A stretch of DNA of 64,000 nt from Alphaproteobacteria bacterium (lineage in GTDB: Bacteria; Pseudomonadota; Alphaproteobacteria; WRAU01; Hepatincolaceae), in contig JAIRQL010000100.1 in assembly GCA_031256515.1 (NCBI GenBank), forward strand, positions 19,113 through 83,112, in the 5' to 3' direction. Shown here piece by piece: positions 47,660 through 58,301 of this stretch; the stretch's first letter is position 1, and every line of letters begins with the position of its first letter. The translations under genes and the position numbers were made by a program. Under the pieces are notes generated by a model. The model saw only the letters and a list, made by a program, of their open reading frames with translations. It was not told the DNA's origin and ran no database searches.

Positions 47660-50212
47660 ATGACAAATAATGATGAAAAAAATGAAGAAAAAGGTAAAAC
47701 CAAAACTTTATCTTTAAATTTAAATAAAGCTAGCTCTCCAGATATTTCTAAAATTTTGGAAGAAAAATTAAAGACCCAAAAAGGTAAAAAAATAGAAGTA
47801 ATTGGCAACAAAACTCCTAAGAAATCTTCAGAGGTAGAGGCTCTTGGAAGTGATAAGGGTAAGCTAACTAATGAAGAAAAAGAACTTAGGGCAAAACTAG
47901 CTTCAACTAATTTAGAAACTGAAAATTTAGGTGGTAGTCCAGTTGTTTCGCAATTACAAGTAGTACAGAAAGAATCTTTAGAAGAAACTAAAGAAAGTAT
48001 TGCCGAAAAAGAAGAAAAAACAGGAGAAAATACTCCAGAGGTCTTAGAAACCTCAAATATTAAGACTGAGACTAGTGAAGAATCTTTAAATAACCAAGAA
48101 GAAGAAACTATGTTTTCTTCATCTCATGTTATTAAATCTAGTTTTGAAGTTAAAGTTGTTGCTAATAATTCGCAAAAAATTGCAGAAAAAAATAAGCAAG
48201 AAAGAGAAACTAAAGATATAAGTATCAAAGAGAAGGAATTTACAGGAGAATCTGAAGAAGATAAGAAATCTAAAAAGAAATCAGATAGCAGTGATGCAAG
48301 AAGGGCTAATGCTCCAAAAAATTGGAAAACAGCTTACATTCCAACAGAGGAAGAAGAAGATTTTGAGGAAGAAGAATTTGAAGATGTTGAGCTAAAACCT
48401 AAGAAATCTTATCCTGTAAAAAGAAAAAATAAAAAGAAAAATCTTACTAAAGAGAAAATCGTTAGAAATGTTGAAATCTATGGGGAAATTTCTGTAAAAG
48501 ATTTAGCTACTAAGATGGCAGAAAAAACCTCTAGTGTTTTAAAATTTTTAAGTAAATTAGATGATTCTATAAATGGTGATAGTTTTTTAGATGCTGAAAC
48601 TGCAGAATTAGCAATTATTGAATTCGGGCATAGACCTAATATTATTGATACTTCTTCAGTTGAATCGCAATATTTTGTATTTAATGATTCTGAGGATAGT
48701 CTTAAAGAAAGACCACCAGTTGTAACCATCATGGGACATGTGGATCATGGAAAAACAACTCTTTTAGATACTATTAGAAAAACTAATATTGTTTCTAAAG
48801 AAGCTGGTGGAATTACTCAGCATATTGGGGCTTATCAAGTAAAATCTGAAAGCGGTAAAATGATTACCTTTTTAGATACACCAGGACATGAGGCTTTCGG
48901 TCAAATTAGAGCTAGAGGTTCTAAAATTACTGATATTGTGATACTAGTGGTTGCTGCTGATGATGGTATTAAGCCACAAACAGTTGAAGCTATTAATCAT
49001 GCTAAAGTGGCTAATGTGCCAATTATTGTAGCTATTAATAAAATAGATAAGCCGGATTCTAATCCTATGAAAGTTAAATCTGAACTTTTATCACACAATC
49101 TAGTAGTTGAAGAAATGGGTGGAGATATTTTATCGGTAGAAATTTCTGCTAAGGGAAATATTGGTATAGATAAGCTATTAGAAACTGTTCTTTTACAAGC
49201 TGAAATGCTAGACTTAAAAACCAATTATTCAGCTCCAGCTAAAGCTAGTGTAATTGAGGTTAAGCAAGAAAAAGGTTTTGGTTATTTAGCAACAATCCTT
49301 GTAGAAAGAGGAACTCTTCGTGTTGGTGATTATTTTGTTTGCGGAATGAGTTTTGGTAAAGTAAAAGTAATGATTAACGATAAAGGAGCTAGATTAAAAG
49401 AAGCTACTCCATCTACTCCTGTGGAAATATCTGGTTTTGCGGAATCGGTTCTAGCTGGGGATTCTTTTGTGGTAGTTAAAAATGAAGCTGCTGCTAATGA
49501 ATTATTAGAGTACAGAAGATCTAAAGCTACCAAATTAGAAAGCAAAAATACTACTCAAAATATTTTAGACATACTTAGTAATGAAATCATAGACGTAAAA
49601 ACTCTTGCTGTAATTGTTAAAGCTGATACTCAAGGCTCGCTTGAGGCGATTAAATCTTCGCTAGACAAAATTACTCACGATGAAGTTGAGATTAAAATTA
49701 TTCATTCTGGTGTTGGTGAAATTACTGAATCCGATGTAATGCTGTCTACTGCTGGTAAGGCTATGGTTTTTGGTTTTAATACTAGAGCAAATTCTAAGGC
49801 TCGTGATTTAGCTAAAAAAGAAGATATAGAATTAAGATACCACTCTATAATCTATAATCTTATTGATGATGTGAAATTAATTTTAAGTGGTTTATTAGAT
49901 CCTGATATAGTAGAAAATATTCTTGGCTTTGCTGAAGTTAGAGAAGTATTTGATGTTTCTAAAGTTGGTAAAGTTGCTGGTTGTTATGTTAAAGAAGGAG
50001 TTCTAAGACGCTCTGCTTATGTTAGAGTTTTAAGAGAAAACATTGTAGTTCATGATGGTGTACTTTCGCAACTTAAAAGATTTAAAGATGATGCGAAAGA
50101 AGTTAAGCAAGAATATGAGTGTGGTGTGGCTATAGAAAACTATAACGATGTTAAAGTGGGCGACATTATAGAATGCTATGAAAAAGTTGAGGTTAGAAAC
50201 TCTATTGAATAA
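47660..50212 (+). CDS. infB: Translation initiation factor IF-2
   Basis: RPPVVTIMGHVDHGKTT, GGITQHIGAY, DTPGHEAF, NKID. Confidence 0.98.
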   Translation: MTNNDEKNEEKGKTKTLSLNLNKASSPDISKILEEKLKTQKGKKIEVIGNKTPKKSSEVEALGSDKGKLTNEEKELRAKLASTNLETENLGGSPVVSQLQVVQKESLEETKESIAEKEEKTGENTPEVLETSNIKTETSEESLNNQEEETMFSSSHVIKSSFEVKVVANNSQKIAEKNKQERETKDISIKEKEFTGESEEDKKSKKKSDSSDARRANAPKNWKTAYIPTEEEEDFEEEEFEDVELKPKKSYPVKRKNKKKNLTKEKIVRNVEIYGEISVKDLATKMAEKTSSVLKFLSKLDDSINGDSFLDAETAELAIIEFGHRPNIIDTSSVESQYFVFNDSEDSLKERPPVVTIMGHVDHGKTTLLDTIRKTNIVSKEAGGITQHIGAYQVKSESGKMITFLDTPGHEAFGQIRARGSKITDIVILVVAADDGIKPQTVEAINHAKVANVPIIVAINKIDKPDSNPMKVKSELLSHNLVVEEMGGDILSVEISAKGNIGIDKLLETVLLQAEMLDLKTNYSAPAKASVIEVKQEKGFGYLATILVERGTLRVGDYFVCGMSFGKVKVMINDKGARLKEATPSTPVEISGFAESVLAGDSFVVVKNEAAANELLEYRRSKATKLESKNTTQNILDILSNEIIDVKTLAVIVKADTQGSLEAIKSSLDKITHDEVEIKIIHSGVGEITESDVMLSTAGKAMVFGFNTRANSKARDLAKKEDIELRYHSIIYNLIDDVKLILSGLLDPDIVENILGFAEVREVFDVSKVGKVAGCYVKEGVLRRSAYVRVLRENIVVHDGVLSQLKRFKDDAKEVKQEYECGVAIENYNDVKVGDIIECYEKVEVRNSIE

Positions 50213-50621
50213 GCAAATATTTAATAATGAAATTATTAAGAGCAATAAGGCTCAATCTAATAGAACAGAAAAAATAGCCAAAGAAATTAAGGTTATTTTA
50301 TCAGAGGTTTTTACAAAGTCGCAACTTAAGGATGCACTACTTTTTGATAAAATAGTCTTAATCTCTGAGGTTAAAGTTAATGGTGATATATCCTTAGCTA
50401 AAGTTTATGTTAGCAATTGGAATGTTAATCTTGATGATAAATTATTAATTACTACTTTAAATAAATATATTCCTTTTTTTAGAAGTAAAATTGCTAAAGC
50501 CTTAAAGATAAAAACAATTCCCGATTTAGCTTTTTTTATGGATGATCAGCTTAATAAAATTATTGAATCTGAAAAAATGTTTAAATCCCTAGAGGATACT
50601 ACTAAAAACAATGATTCTTAA
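50178..50621 (+). CDS. rbfA: Ribosome-binding factor A (true start probably downstream of the infB stop)
   Basis: R.EKIAKEI, ISEVKV..D.S.AKVYVS, L.IK.IPDL.F..D; infB-rbfA-truB order. Confidence 0.82.
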   Translation: MKKLRLETLLNKQIFNNEIIKSNKAQSNRTEKIAKEIKVILSEVFTKSQLKDALLFDKIVLISEVKVNGDISLAKVYVSNWNVNLDDKLLITTLNKYIPFFRSKIAKALKIKTIPDLAFFMDDQLNKIIESEKMFKSLEDTTKNNDS

Positions 50622-51534
50622 TTACGATTTAAGTAAATTACATGGTTGGTTATTTATTGATAAACCTGTAGGAGTATCTTCCTTTAAGGCTGTTAGTACT
50701 ATAAAAAAATATCTTAATTTGCCAAAAACTCATAAAATAGGACATGGTGGTACACTAGATCCATTTGCTGAGGGAGTTTTACCCATAGCTATTGGCGAGG
50801 CTACTAAAACCGTTGAATATGTTATGAATTCTGATAAAGTTTACGAATTCACAATTTTATTTGGCTCTAAAACTGATACTAAAGATTGTGAAGGTAATAT
50901 AATTAAAACAACTGATGTTATTCCAACTAAAGAAAATCTTATAAAAATTTTAAAAGATTTTACCGGAACAATATTACAAAAACCACCATCATTTTCTGCC
51001 ATAAAAATTAATGGTGAAAGAGCCTACTCTTTAGCTAGAAAAGGGGTAGATGTGGATATTCCTATGAGAAAAGTAAATATCCATTCTTTAGAGTTAAAAG
51101 ATTTTAATGATAGTTTTCAAAAAGCAACTCTTGTAGCAAAAGTTTCAAAAGGAACATATATTAGGTGTTTAGCTGAGGATATTGCTGAAAAGCTAGGTTC
51201 ATTAGGGCATACAGTATATTTAAGAAGAACAGAAATTTGTATCCATAAAGAAAAACTTTTACTTTCTTTAAATACACTCTATAATGAAGAGTATAATATT
51301 TATGATAATTTAATAAGTATAGAAGATATGCTGGATGGCATCTCGGCATTTTCTTTAAATATAGCACAAGCTAAAGATATTCTTAACGGGAATCTATCTA
51401 GTTTGTCGCTATCCTTTGATGGAGTTTTTAAATCTTTGTATAATGGTAAGGTTTTAGCTTTACTTGAAAACAAAAATGGTAAAACTTCTTTTCTAAGGGT
51501 TTTTAATAACAATAGAGCTAATATAGGAGTATAG
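50611..51534 (+). CDS. truB: tRNA pseudouridine(55) synthase
   Basis: [35 protein letters not shown]. Confidence 0.96.
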   Translation: MILNYDLSKLHGWLFIDKPVGVSSFKAVSTIKKYLNLPKTHKIGHGGTLDPFAEGVLPIAIGEATKTVEYVMNSDKVYEFTILFGSKTDTKDCEGNIIKTTDVIPTKENLIKILKDFTGTILQKPPSFSAIKINGERAYSLARKGVDVDIPMRKVNIHSLELKDFNDSFQKATLVAKVSKGTYIRCLAEDIAEKLGSLGHTVYLRRTEICIHKEKLLLSLNTLYNEEYNIYDNLISIEDMLDGISAFSLNIAQAKDILNGNLSSLSLSFDGVFKSLYNGKVLALLENKNGKTSFLRVFNNNRANIGV

Positions 51535-51536
51535 CG

Positions 51537-51812
51537 ATGTCACTAAAGAAAGATGATAAATCAAATATAATTAAAACTTATGCAATTAATGCTACTGATA
51601 CTGGTTCGCCAGAAGTTCAGATTGCAATTTTAAGTGAAAAAATTAAATATTTAACCGAACATATGAAAGAACATACTAAAGATTTCCATAGCAGAAGAGG
51701 TCTTTTAGTGATGGTTTCTAAAAGAAGAAAATTACTTACTTATTTAAAAAAGAAAGATAATAAAAGATATGAAACTATCTTAGCTAAGCTAGGTTTAAGA
51801 GGAGTGAAATAA
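51537..51812 (+). CDS. rpsO: 30S ribosomal protein S15
   Basis: [19 protein letters not shown]. Confidence 0.97.
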   Translation: MSLKKDDKSNIIKTYAINATDTGSPEVQIAILSEKIKYLTEHMKEHTKDFHSRRGLLVMVSKRRKLLTYLKKKDNKRYETILAKLGLRGVK

Positions 51813-51814
51813 TA

Positions 51815-53905
51815 GTGTTTAATATTATAGAAAAAAAAATTACTTGGGCAGGGAAAGAGTTATCTTTTCAAACTGGCAAAATAGCTAGACAGGCTGATGG
51901 TGCTGTAGTTGCTAAGTATGGAGATACTCAAGTATTGGCGACGGTTGTTTTTGCTAAGAATCCAAATTACGACCTAGATTTCTTTCCTTTAACAGTAAAC
52001 TATCAAGATAAATACTATTCTGTAGGAAAAATTCCTGGTGGTTTTTTTAAAAGAGAAACTAAACCAACAGAAAGAGAAGTCCTCATTTCAAGATTAATAG
52101 ATAGACCAATTAGACCTTTGTTTGACGAAAGATTCCGTAATGAAGTTCAAATTATTGTTTCTACACTATCTAGCGATAAAACAGTTTCAACTGATATTAT
52201 TTCAATTTTAGCAGCATCGGCGGCTTTAGCTATTTCTGGTGTGCCATTTTTAGATACCGTAGCAGCTGCTAAAGTTTCTTATATCAATAATGAATATGTT
52301 CTTAATCCAACAATTCAACAAACTCAGAGTAGTAATTTAGAGTTAGTTGTAGCTGGAACTAAAGATGGTATCTTAATGGTAGAATCTGAAGCCAAAGAAC
52401 TTTCTGAGGAAATTATGCTAGGAGCATTAAAATTTGCTCATAAAGGATTCGCTCCAGTTATAGATTTAATTAACGAATTTAAACAAGCTGTTAATAAAGA
52501 AACTCATGTGGTAGAAGCATTTGATACTCCTGAGGTTCAAGATTTCATCAAAAAAATGAGTGAAGTAGCTAAAGAAAAACTTACAGTTGCTTTTTCTGTT
52601 AAAGATAAAACTGCTCGTAATAATCAAATTAACGAAGCTAAAGAATTAGCTAAAAATTTCTTTAAAGAAAGCGAATTTGCTGAAGATTTTGTTAATAGAC
52701 ATTTTGGTTATTATTTTAAAGCTCTTGAAAAAGAGATCGTTAGAGGTAGCATTTTAAGTAATAGTATTAGAATTGATGGTAGAAATCTAGTTCAGATTCG
52801 CCCAATTTCTACCGAAATAGATGTGTTTCCAGCTCCACATGGATCGGCTCTTTTTACAAGAGGAGAAACTCAAGCATTAGTTTTTGCTACTTTAGGTACT
52901 GAGATAGACGAGCAAATGCTAGATGATATTGAAAACGATAACTCTAAAGAAAGATTTATGCTTCATTATAATTTCCCTCCATTTTCTGTAGGTGAAGTTG
53001 GTAGAGTAGGGGCTCCAGGTAGAAGAGAAATTGGGCATGGTAAATTGGCATGGAGAGCTATTCATCCACTTTTACCAACTAAAGAAGATTTCCCTTATAC
53101 TATTAGGCTGGTTTCAGAAATTACGGAATCTAATGGTTCATCTTCTATGGCAACTGTATGTGGTTCTTCAATGGCTTTAATGTCTGCAGGTGTGCCTTTA
53201 CCAAGACCAGTTGCTGGTATTGCAATGGGCTTAATTAAAGAAGGCAATAACTATGCAGTACTTTCAGACATTTTAGGTGATGAAGATCATTTAGGTGATA
53301 TGGATTTTAAAGTAGCTGGTACAGAAAAAGGTATTACCTCTCTTCAAATGGATATTAAAATTACTTCAATCACTTATGAAATTATGGAAAAAGCTATCGC
53401 TCAGGCTCATGATGGTAGAAAACATATTTTAGGTGAAATGGCAAAAACTATATCTTCTACTAAAAGTAATCTTAGTAATACTGCTCCAAAAATTAAAACT
53501 ATCCAAATAGATAAAGATAAAATCAAAGATATTATTGGTAGTGGTGGTAAAACTATTAAAGAGATCTGTGAAAGATTTGATGTTAAAATAGATATATCTA
53601 ACGATGGTTTAGTTAAAATAGCTGGTAGTAATGGCGAAGGTGTTGATGGAGCTTTAGCTCATGTTGGTGCAATTGTAGCCGTTCCTGAAGTTGGTAAAAT
53701 TTACAAAGGTAAAGTAGTTAAGCTATTAGATTTTGGTGCTTTTGTTAATTTTATGCCTAATCGTGATGGTTTTTTACATATATCTGAAATGAGTGATAAT
53801 CGTAATTCTAACATTAACGACTTTTTAAAAGTTGGCGATGTCTTAGATGTTAAGGTTGCTCAAATTGATGATAAAGGTAAAATTAGATTAACAGTAAAAA
53901 TATAG
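51815..53905 (+). CDS. pnp: Polyribonucleotide nucleotidyltransferase
   Basis: ARQADG, IPGGFFKRE, RGETQ, GRREIGHG, SNGSSSMA, DHLGDMDFKVAG, KH and S1 domains. Confidence 0.98.
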   Translation: MFNIIEKKITWAGKELSFQTGKIARQADGAVVAKYGDTQVLATVVFAKNPNYDLDFFPLTVNYQDKYYSVGKIPGGFFKRETKPTEREVLISRLIDRPIRPLFDERFRNEVQIIVSTLSSDKTVSTDIISILAASAALAISGVPFLDTVAAAKVSYINNEYVLNPTIQQTQSSNLELVVAGTKDGILMVESEAKELSEEIMLGALKFAHKGFAPVIDLINEFKQAVNKETHVVEAFDTPEVQDFIKKMSEVAKEKLTVAFSVKDKTARNNQINEAKELAKNFFKESEFAEDFVNRHFGYYFKALEKEIVRGSILSNSIRIDGRNLVQIRPISTEIDVFPAPHGSALFTRGETQALVFATLGTEIDEQMLDDIENDNSKERFMLHYNFPPFSVGEVGRVGAPGRREIGHGKLAWRAIHPLLPTKEDFPYTIRLVSEITESNGSSSMATVCGSSMALMSAGVPLPRPVAGIAMGLIKEGNNYAVLSDILGDEDHLGDMDFKVAGTEKGITSLQMDIKITSITYEIMEKAIAQAHDGRKHILGEMAKTISSTKSNLSNTAPKIKTIQIDKDKIKDIIGSGGKTIKEICERFDVKIDISNDGLVKIAGSNGEGVDGALAHVGAIVAVPEVGKIYKGKVVKLLDFGAFVNFMPNRDGFLHISEMSDNRNSNINDFLKVGDVLDVKVAQIDDKGKIRLTVKI

Positions 53906-53926
53906 TAATAGACTAAGAAGGGTTCA

Positions 53927-55330
53927 ATGGGATTAAAATTAGATAGGTTTAGTATTTCTGGAAAAGAAGTTTTACCTATTATAGAAGGTGGAAAAGGTAT
54001 TAATATATCAACAGGTTTAACTGCTGGTTCTTTTGCTAAAGCCGGAGCAGTTGGTACTATATCTGGTACTAATCCAGATTTCTATGATGAAAATGGTAAA
54101 TATATTCCATATTCTTTTAATCCCAAAGCTACAAGAAAAGAAAAACATGATGCTTTGGTAGAACAAAGTATTCGTGGTTGTATTGCCCAAGCAAAAATAG
54201 CTCATGATGTATCTGCTGGTAATGGTAGAATTCACTTTAACTTCCTTTGGGAAGCTGGTGGCACAAAAATTATTATGGAAGAAGCTCTTAGTAAAACTGT
54301 TGGATTAATTCATGGAATTACCTCAGGTGCTGGTCTTCCTTATGCTTTAAGTGATATTGCTGGTAAATATAACATTTATTACTATCCTATTGTTTCTTCT
54401 AGTAGAGCTTTTAGTATTTTATGGAAAAGAAGTTATAGTAAAACAGCTCATCTTTTAGGTGGAGTTGTTTACGAAGATCCTTGGTTAGCAGGCGGACATA
54501 ATGGTCTTTCTAATCAAGAAGATCCCAAAGTAATGCAAGATCCATATTTAAGAATTGTAGCAATTAGAAAGGTAATGAACGAACTTAATTTATCTCATGT
54601 GCCGATTATTATTGCTGGTGGAGTTTGGAATTTAACTGATTGGTCTAAATATTTTAATAATGATGAAGTTGGCTTAGTGGCTTTTCAATTTGGTACAAGA
54701 CCACTTTTAACTAAAGAAAGTCCTATTAGTGATAGTTGGAAACAAAAATTACTTACTCTTAAAGAAGGTGATGTTTCTTTAAATAAGTTTAGTCCTACTG
54801 GTTTTTATTCTTCTGCGGTTAATAATTTATTTTTACAAGAGTTATATGCAAGATCTGAAAGGCAAATGATGGCTAGCCGTAAACAAAATGAAGAATTTTC
54901 TTGTGAAATAATTGCTTCAAATGGAATTACTAAATTTTATGTTAAATCTGCAGATTATGATAGAGCTTTAGCTTATATAAAAGATGGATTTGATACATTT
55001 TTAAGAACACCTGAAGATACGATAATTTTTGAAACTCAAAATACTGCTGAGCTAATTAAAGAAGATCAACAAAATTGTATGGGTTGTTTAAGTGGTTGTC
55101 GCTTTAGTAATTGGAGTGAAAACGAAAAAAATAATACAGGATTATTACCAGATCCAAGGTCATTTTGTATAGAAAAAACTCTACAAGATGTAGGGCATAA
55201 TGGTTCTATTGATAATAACTTATTATTCTCAGGACATCATGCTTATAGATTTGCTACTGACCCTCTTTATAAAAATAATCACATTCCTACAATTGCTGAA
55301 CTTGTGGAAAAAATCTCTATTGGAGAGTAA
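53927..55330 (+). CDS. Nitronate monooxygenase-family flavin oxidoreductase
   Basis: IIEGGKG, TSGAGLPY, PWLAGGHNG, FQFGTR, SPTGFYS, CMGCLSGC. Confidence 0.82.
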   Translation: MGLKLDRFSISGKEVLPIIEGGKGINISTGLTAGSFAKAGAVGTISGTNPDFYDENGKYIPYSFNPKATRKEKHDALVEQSIRGCIAQAKIAHDVSAGNGRIHFNFLWEAGGTKIIMEEALSKTVGLIHGITSGAGLPYALSDIAGKYNIYYYPIVSSSRAFSILWKRSYSKTAHLLGGVVYEDPWLAGGHNGLSNQEDPKVMQDPYLRIVAIRKVMNELNLSHVPIIIAGGVWNLTDWSKYFNNDEVGLVAFQFGTRPLLTKESPISDSWKQKLLTLKEGDVSLNKFSPTGFYSSAVNNLFLQELYARSERQMMASRKQNEEFSCEIIASNGITKFYVKSADYDRALAYIKDGFDTFLRTPEDTIIFETQNTAELIKEDQQNCMGCLSGCRFSNWSENEKNNTGLLPDPRSFCIEKTLQDVGHNGSIDNNLLFSGHHAYRFATDPLYKNNHIPTIAELVEKISIGE

Positions 55331-55378
55331 TAGAGCCTTTTTTAAGTATGATTATTAATAATATGTAAGTCTAAATTA

Positions 55379-55417
55379 AGATTAAGTTTTATTTGCAAAT
55401 TAGGTAAAACTTAATCT
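55379..55417. terminator. Perfect 13-bp inverted repeat (terminator or operator) before the RpiR gene
   Basis: AGATTAAGTTTTA / TAAAACTTAATCT with 13-nt loop. Confidence 0.45.
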
Positions 55418-55447
55418 AATTATCTAAATAAATCAAAGAAGTTTGCA

Positions 55448-56230
55448 GTGAATAATGTTATTCGTAGAATTAAAGAAAACTATAAAAGTTTATCACCATC
55501 GCAAAAAACAATTGCCGATTATTTATTAAAAAATGAAACCCAAATTCCACATCTAACCGCAAGACAATTATCAGAAATTACCTCACAAGTTTCTAGCTGT
55601 GTTATAGCTTTTTCTAAAAGAATTGGCTATCAAGGGTTTAACGAACTTAAATTTAAGTATGAAAATAGCATAACAGAAGAAAGCGAAATTCCAGTTATGC
55701 AGGCTATTCTGCAAGCAGAGAAAGTTTCTCAAACTAAAGAATTTCAAGAAGTCTTTAATATATTAAAATCAGCGAAAAAAATTTATATTTATGCTTTTCA
55801 AATGTCGCAAATTCCGGCTAAAGATTTTTATTTTAGAATGCGAAAAATTGCTCCATCTCGTGTGATTTTTTCCGAGAGCTTTGAAGATCAGCTTATAATG
55901 TCGCAAACCATGGAAAAAGGTGATGTGGCTTTAATTATCTCAAATAGTGGTAATTGTGAAGAAATTCTTTTAATGGAAAAAGAAATCGTTAAAAATAGTA
56001 TTCCACAAATCCTTATTACTAATGGAATTAATAGCTCTTTGGCAAAATTTGCCACTAAAGAAATCTCAATTCAGTGCCTTGAAAATGATCCGCTATTGTT
56101 TAAAGAAGTGCCTACCTTAGCAAGATATGCTTTAATCTATATTCTTGAAAAACTTTTTGATTTATATTTTAATGAATTTTATGAAGAAAGTTTAAAAAAT
56201 CTTAAAAAAATCAGTACATATTCAAAGTAA
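55448..56230 (+). CDS. MurR/RpiR-family transcriptional regulator
   Basis: LSPSQKTIADYL HTH, F..K.G..GF.ELK, SIS domain ISNSG. Confidence 0.9.
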   Translation: MNNVIRRIKENYKSLSPSQKTIADYLLKNETQIPHLTARQLSEITSQVSSCVIAFSKRIGYQGFNELKFKYENSITEESEIPVMQAILQAEKVSQTKEFQEVFNILKSAKKIYIYAFQMSQIPAKDFYFRMRKIAPSRVIFSESFEDQLIMSQTMEKGDVALIISNSGNCEEILLMEKEIVKNSIPQILITNGINSSLAKFATKEISIQCLENDPLLFKEVPTLARYALIYILEKLFDLYFNEFYEESLKNLKKISTYSK

Positions 56231-56378
56231 GTTGTATATCAATATTATCATATTTGCAATCTAAGTTAGAACAAAATCTAAATATAACAAAATATTTGCG
56301 ATTGTGTTCTAAAAGATATATAATACATTTATGTGAAAAATATTTACAAATTTATATAAAAAGAGAGATAATGATAAA

Positions 56379-57851
56379 ATGAGTGTCAAAAAAATAGTAG
56401 GAATTACTGGATGTGCACAAGGAATTGCTCATACTTTTATGGCAGCAGAGGCTTTAGAAAAAGCTGGTAAGAAGCTAAATATTGAGGTAAAAATAGAAAC
56501 ACATGGTGGGATCGGAGTTGAAAATCAACTTACTACAAAAGAAATTTCGGAAGCCGATTTAGTAATAATTGCTGCTGATATTGATGTGGAGAAAACTCGT
56601 TTTATTGGTAAAAAATTAATCTCAGTCAGTACTAATGAGGCTTTAAAAGATGCTACTGCTTTAATCCAAAAAGCTATGGCAAGTGCAGAAGTGTACTTAG
56701 GTAAGGGTGAAAAGATTGATGGGTTAGAGATTGGCTCAGCTAGTAATCATTTTATAAAATATTTAATGTCAGGGCTTACTAATATGATTCCCCTAGCTAT
56801 AGCTTCTGGTATTTTATTGGCGATAGCTAATACCTTTGCTTTCCATGCTGACCCTAATAATCCAGATTTAGTAATTTGGGGTTTTAGTGAAGATGCTAGA
56901 GGGCAGTTTTTTTCTAAATTATTTGATCTTGGTAAGGTTGGTTTTACCTTAATGATACCAGTATTTGCTGCAGGTGTAGCAAGGGCAATCGGTGATAATC
57001 CAGCAGTAGCTCCAGCTTTTATTGCAGGATACATTATAAATGATTCTAGCTTTTTAGGAACAGAAACTGGAGCTGGGTTTTTAGGAGCTATCATTGTTGG
57101 CTTTGGAGTGGGTTATTTTGTAAAACTCTTAAAAATGATACCTTGGCATAGTGTTATTAAGCCTGTTGTTTCGGTTTTAATAATTCCAGTTGTAGCTACT
57201 TTTGTTTCTTATGTGGTGATTTTTTATCTAATTGGTAAGCCAATTTCCAATATGATGAGTGTGTTGTATGTATTTATAAACAATATAACCATAAGTTATG
57301 CTGCTGCCCCTGTTGTTTATGGATTTATTTTAGGAGCAATGATGGGAACAGATTTAGGTGGTCCTATAAATAAAACTGCTCTCATGGTGGCTTTAGCAAT
57401 ATTTGTTGATACTATGAATAAATTTGGTATTGAGGGTGTTAATGCCATTCCTTATGCTGCCACATGTGGAGCTATTGCTATTGCTCCATTGGGTGCTGCA
57501 TTTGCTACATTTATATTTAGAAAAAGTTTTACAACCGAAGAAAAAGCTATGGGAAGTTCTGCCTTTATAATGGGAATGGTAGGAATAACCGAAGGAGCAA
57601 TTCCTTTTGCTGCCTCTAATCCAAAATTAATAATTGCTAATATTATTGCCTCAGGAGTTGCTGGTGCTTTAGTGGCTGGTTTTGGTATCCATTTTTTTGG
57701 TGGAATAGGTTCTCCACTAGGGGCTTTTGTGGGATATGTTAAAGGTCCAGCGGGAGTACAGTTCATTTGGATTTTTTCAATTCTTTTTGCAGCATTATTA
57801 AATGCTTTAATGTATGGATATATTTTAAAAAATAGAAAGGTAAAAAAATAA
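56379..57851 (+). CDS. PTS fructose/mannose-family EIIBC component (MngA/ManP-like)
   Basis: CAQGIAHTFMAAEAL, KIETHG, DLGGPINK, GITEGAIPF. Confidence 0.9.
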   Translation: MSVKKIVGITGCAQGIAHTFMAAEALEKAGKKLNIEVKIETHGGIGVENQLTTKEISEADLVIIAADIDVEKTRFIGKKLISVSTNEALKDATALIQKAMASAEVYLGKGEKIDGLEIGSASNHFIKYLMSGLTNMIPLAIASGILLAIANTFAFHADPNNPDLVIWGFSEDARGQFFSKLFDLGKVGFTLMIPVFAAGVARAIGDNPAVAPAFIAGYIINDSSFLGTETGAGFLGAIIVGFGVGYFVKLLKMIPWHSVIKPVVSVLIIPVVATFVSYVVIFYLIGKPISNMMSVLYVFINNITISYAAAPVVYGFILGAMMGTDLGGPINKTALMVALAIFVDTMNKFGIEGVNAIPYAATCGAIAIAPLGAAFATFIFRKSFTTEEKAMGSSAFIMGMVGITEGAIPFAASNPKLIIANIIASGVAGALVAGFGIHFFGGIGSPLGAFVGYVKGPAGVQFIWIFSILFAALLNALMYGYILKNRKVKK

Positions 57852-58300
57852 TGAGTAAAATATTTAGTAAAGAAAATATCTTTATCATAGAAGAAAAGTT
57901 AAATAGCAAGGAATATTTTTTTAAGTTAATTGCTAAAAAAGCTAAAGAACTAGATTTTATTGCCGATGAAAAAGCCTGTTTTGAGGGAATTCTTTATAGA
58001 GAAAATCAAAGTACTACTGGTTTTGAAGATGGTTTTGCTATACCTCATTGTAAAGATGCTACGGTAAAATCGGCAAAACTTTTACTTTTTAAAACACCTG
58101 AAATTGCTTGGGATAGTTTAGATGGTAAACCAATTACGATTAGCCACTGCCTTTTAATGCCAGAAAATGCTAATAATGATCATATTAAATTACTATCTAA
58201 AGTAGCAAGAGCATTAATTGATGAAAATTATAGAAAGGCAATTAAAGAAGCTAGTGTGGAAGAAATCTATCAGTTAGTTGCAAATAAAATGGAGATGTAA
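57851..58300 (+). CDS. PTS fructose-family EIIA component
   Basis: RENQSTTGFEDGFAIPH phospho-His motif. Confidence 0.9.
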   Translation: MSKIFSKENIFIIEEKLNSKEYFFKLIAKKAKELDFIADEKACFEGILYRENQSTTGFEDGFAIPHCKDATVKSAKLLLFKTPEIAWDSLDGKPITISHCLLMPENANNDHIKLLSKVARALIDENYRKAIKEASVEEIYQLVANKMEM

Positions 58301-58301
58301 A

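Noticed and set aside
47660-48480. Long acidic/lysine-rich low-complexity N-terminus of IF2
   Set aside because: Normal variable IF2 N-domain; no internal repeat or insertion element detected.
2394-57766. Short track ORFs antisense to or nested in long conserved genes (e.g. 2394-2603, 6663-6959, 14355-14663, 29070-29441, 30576-30935, 48478-48732, 56747-57094, 57452-57766)
   Set aside because: Shadow frames of well-supported genes; no RBS or recognisable motifs.
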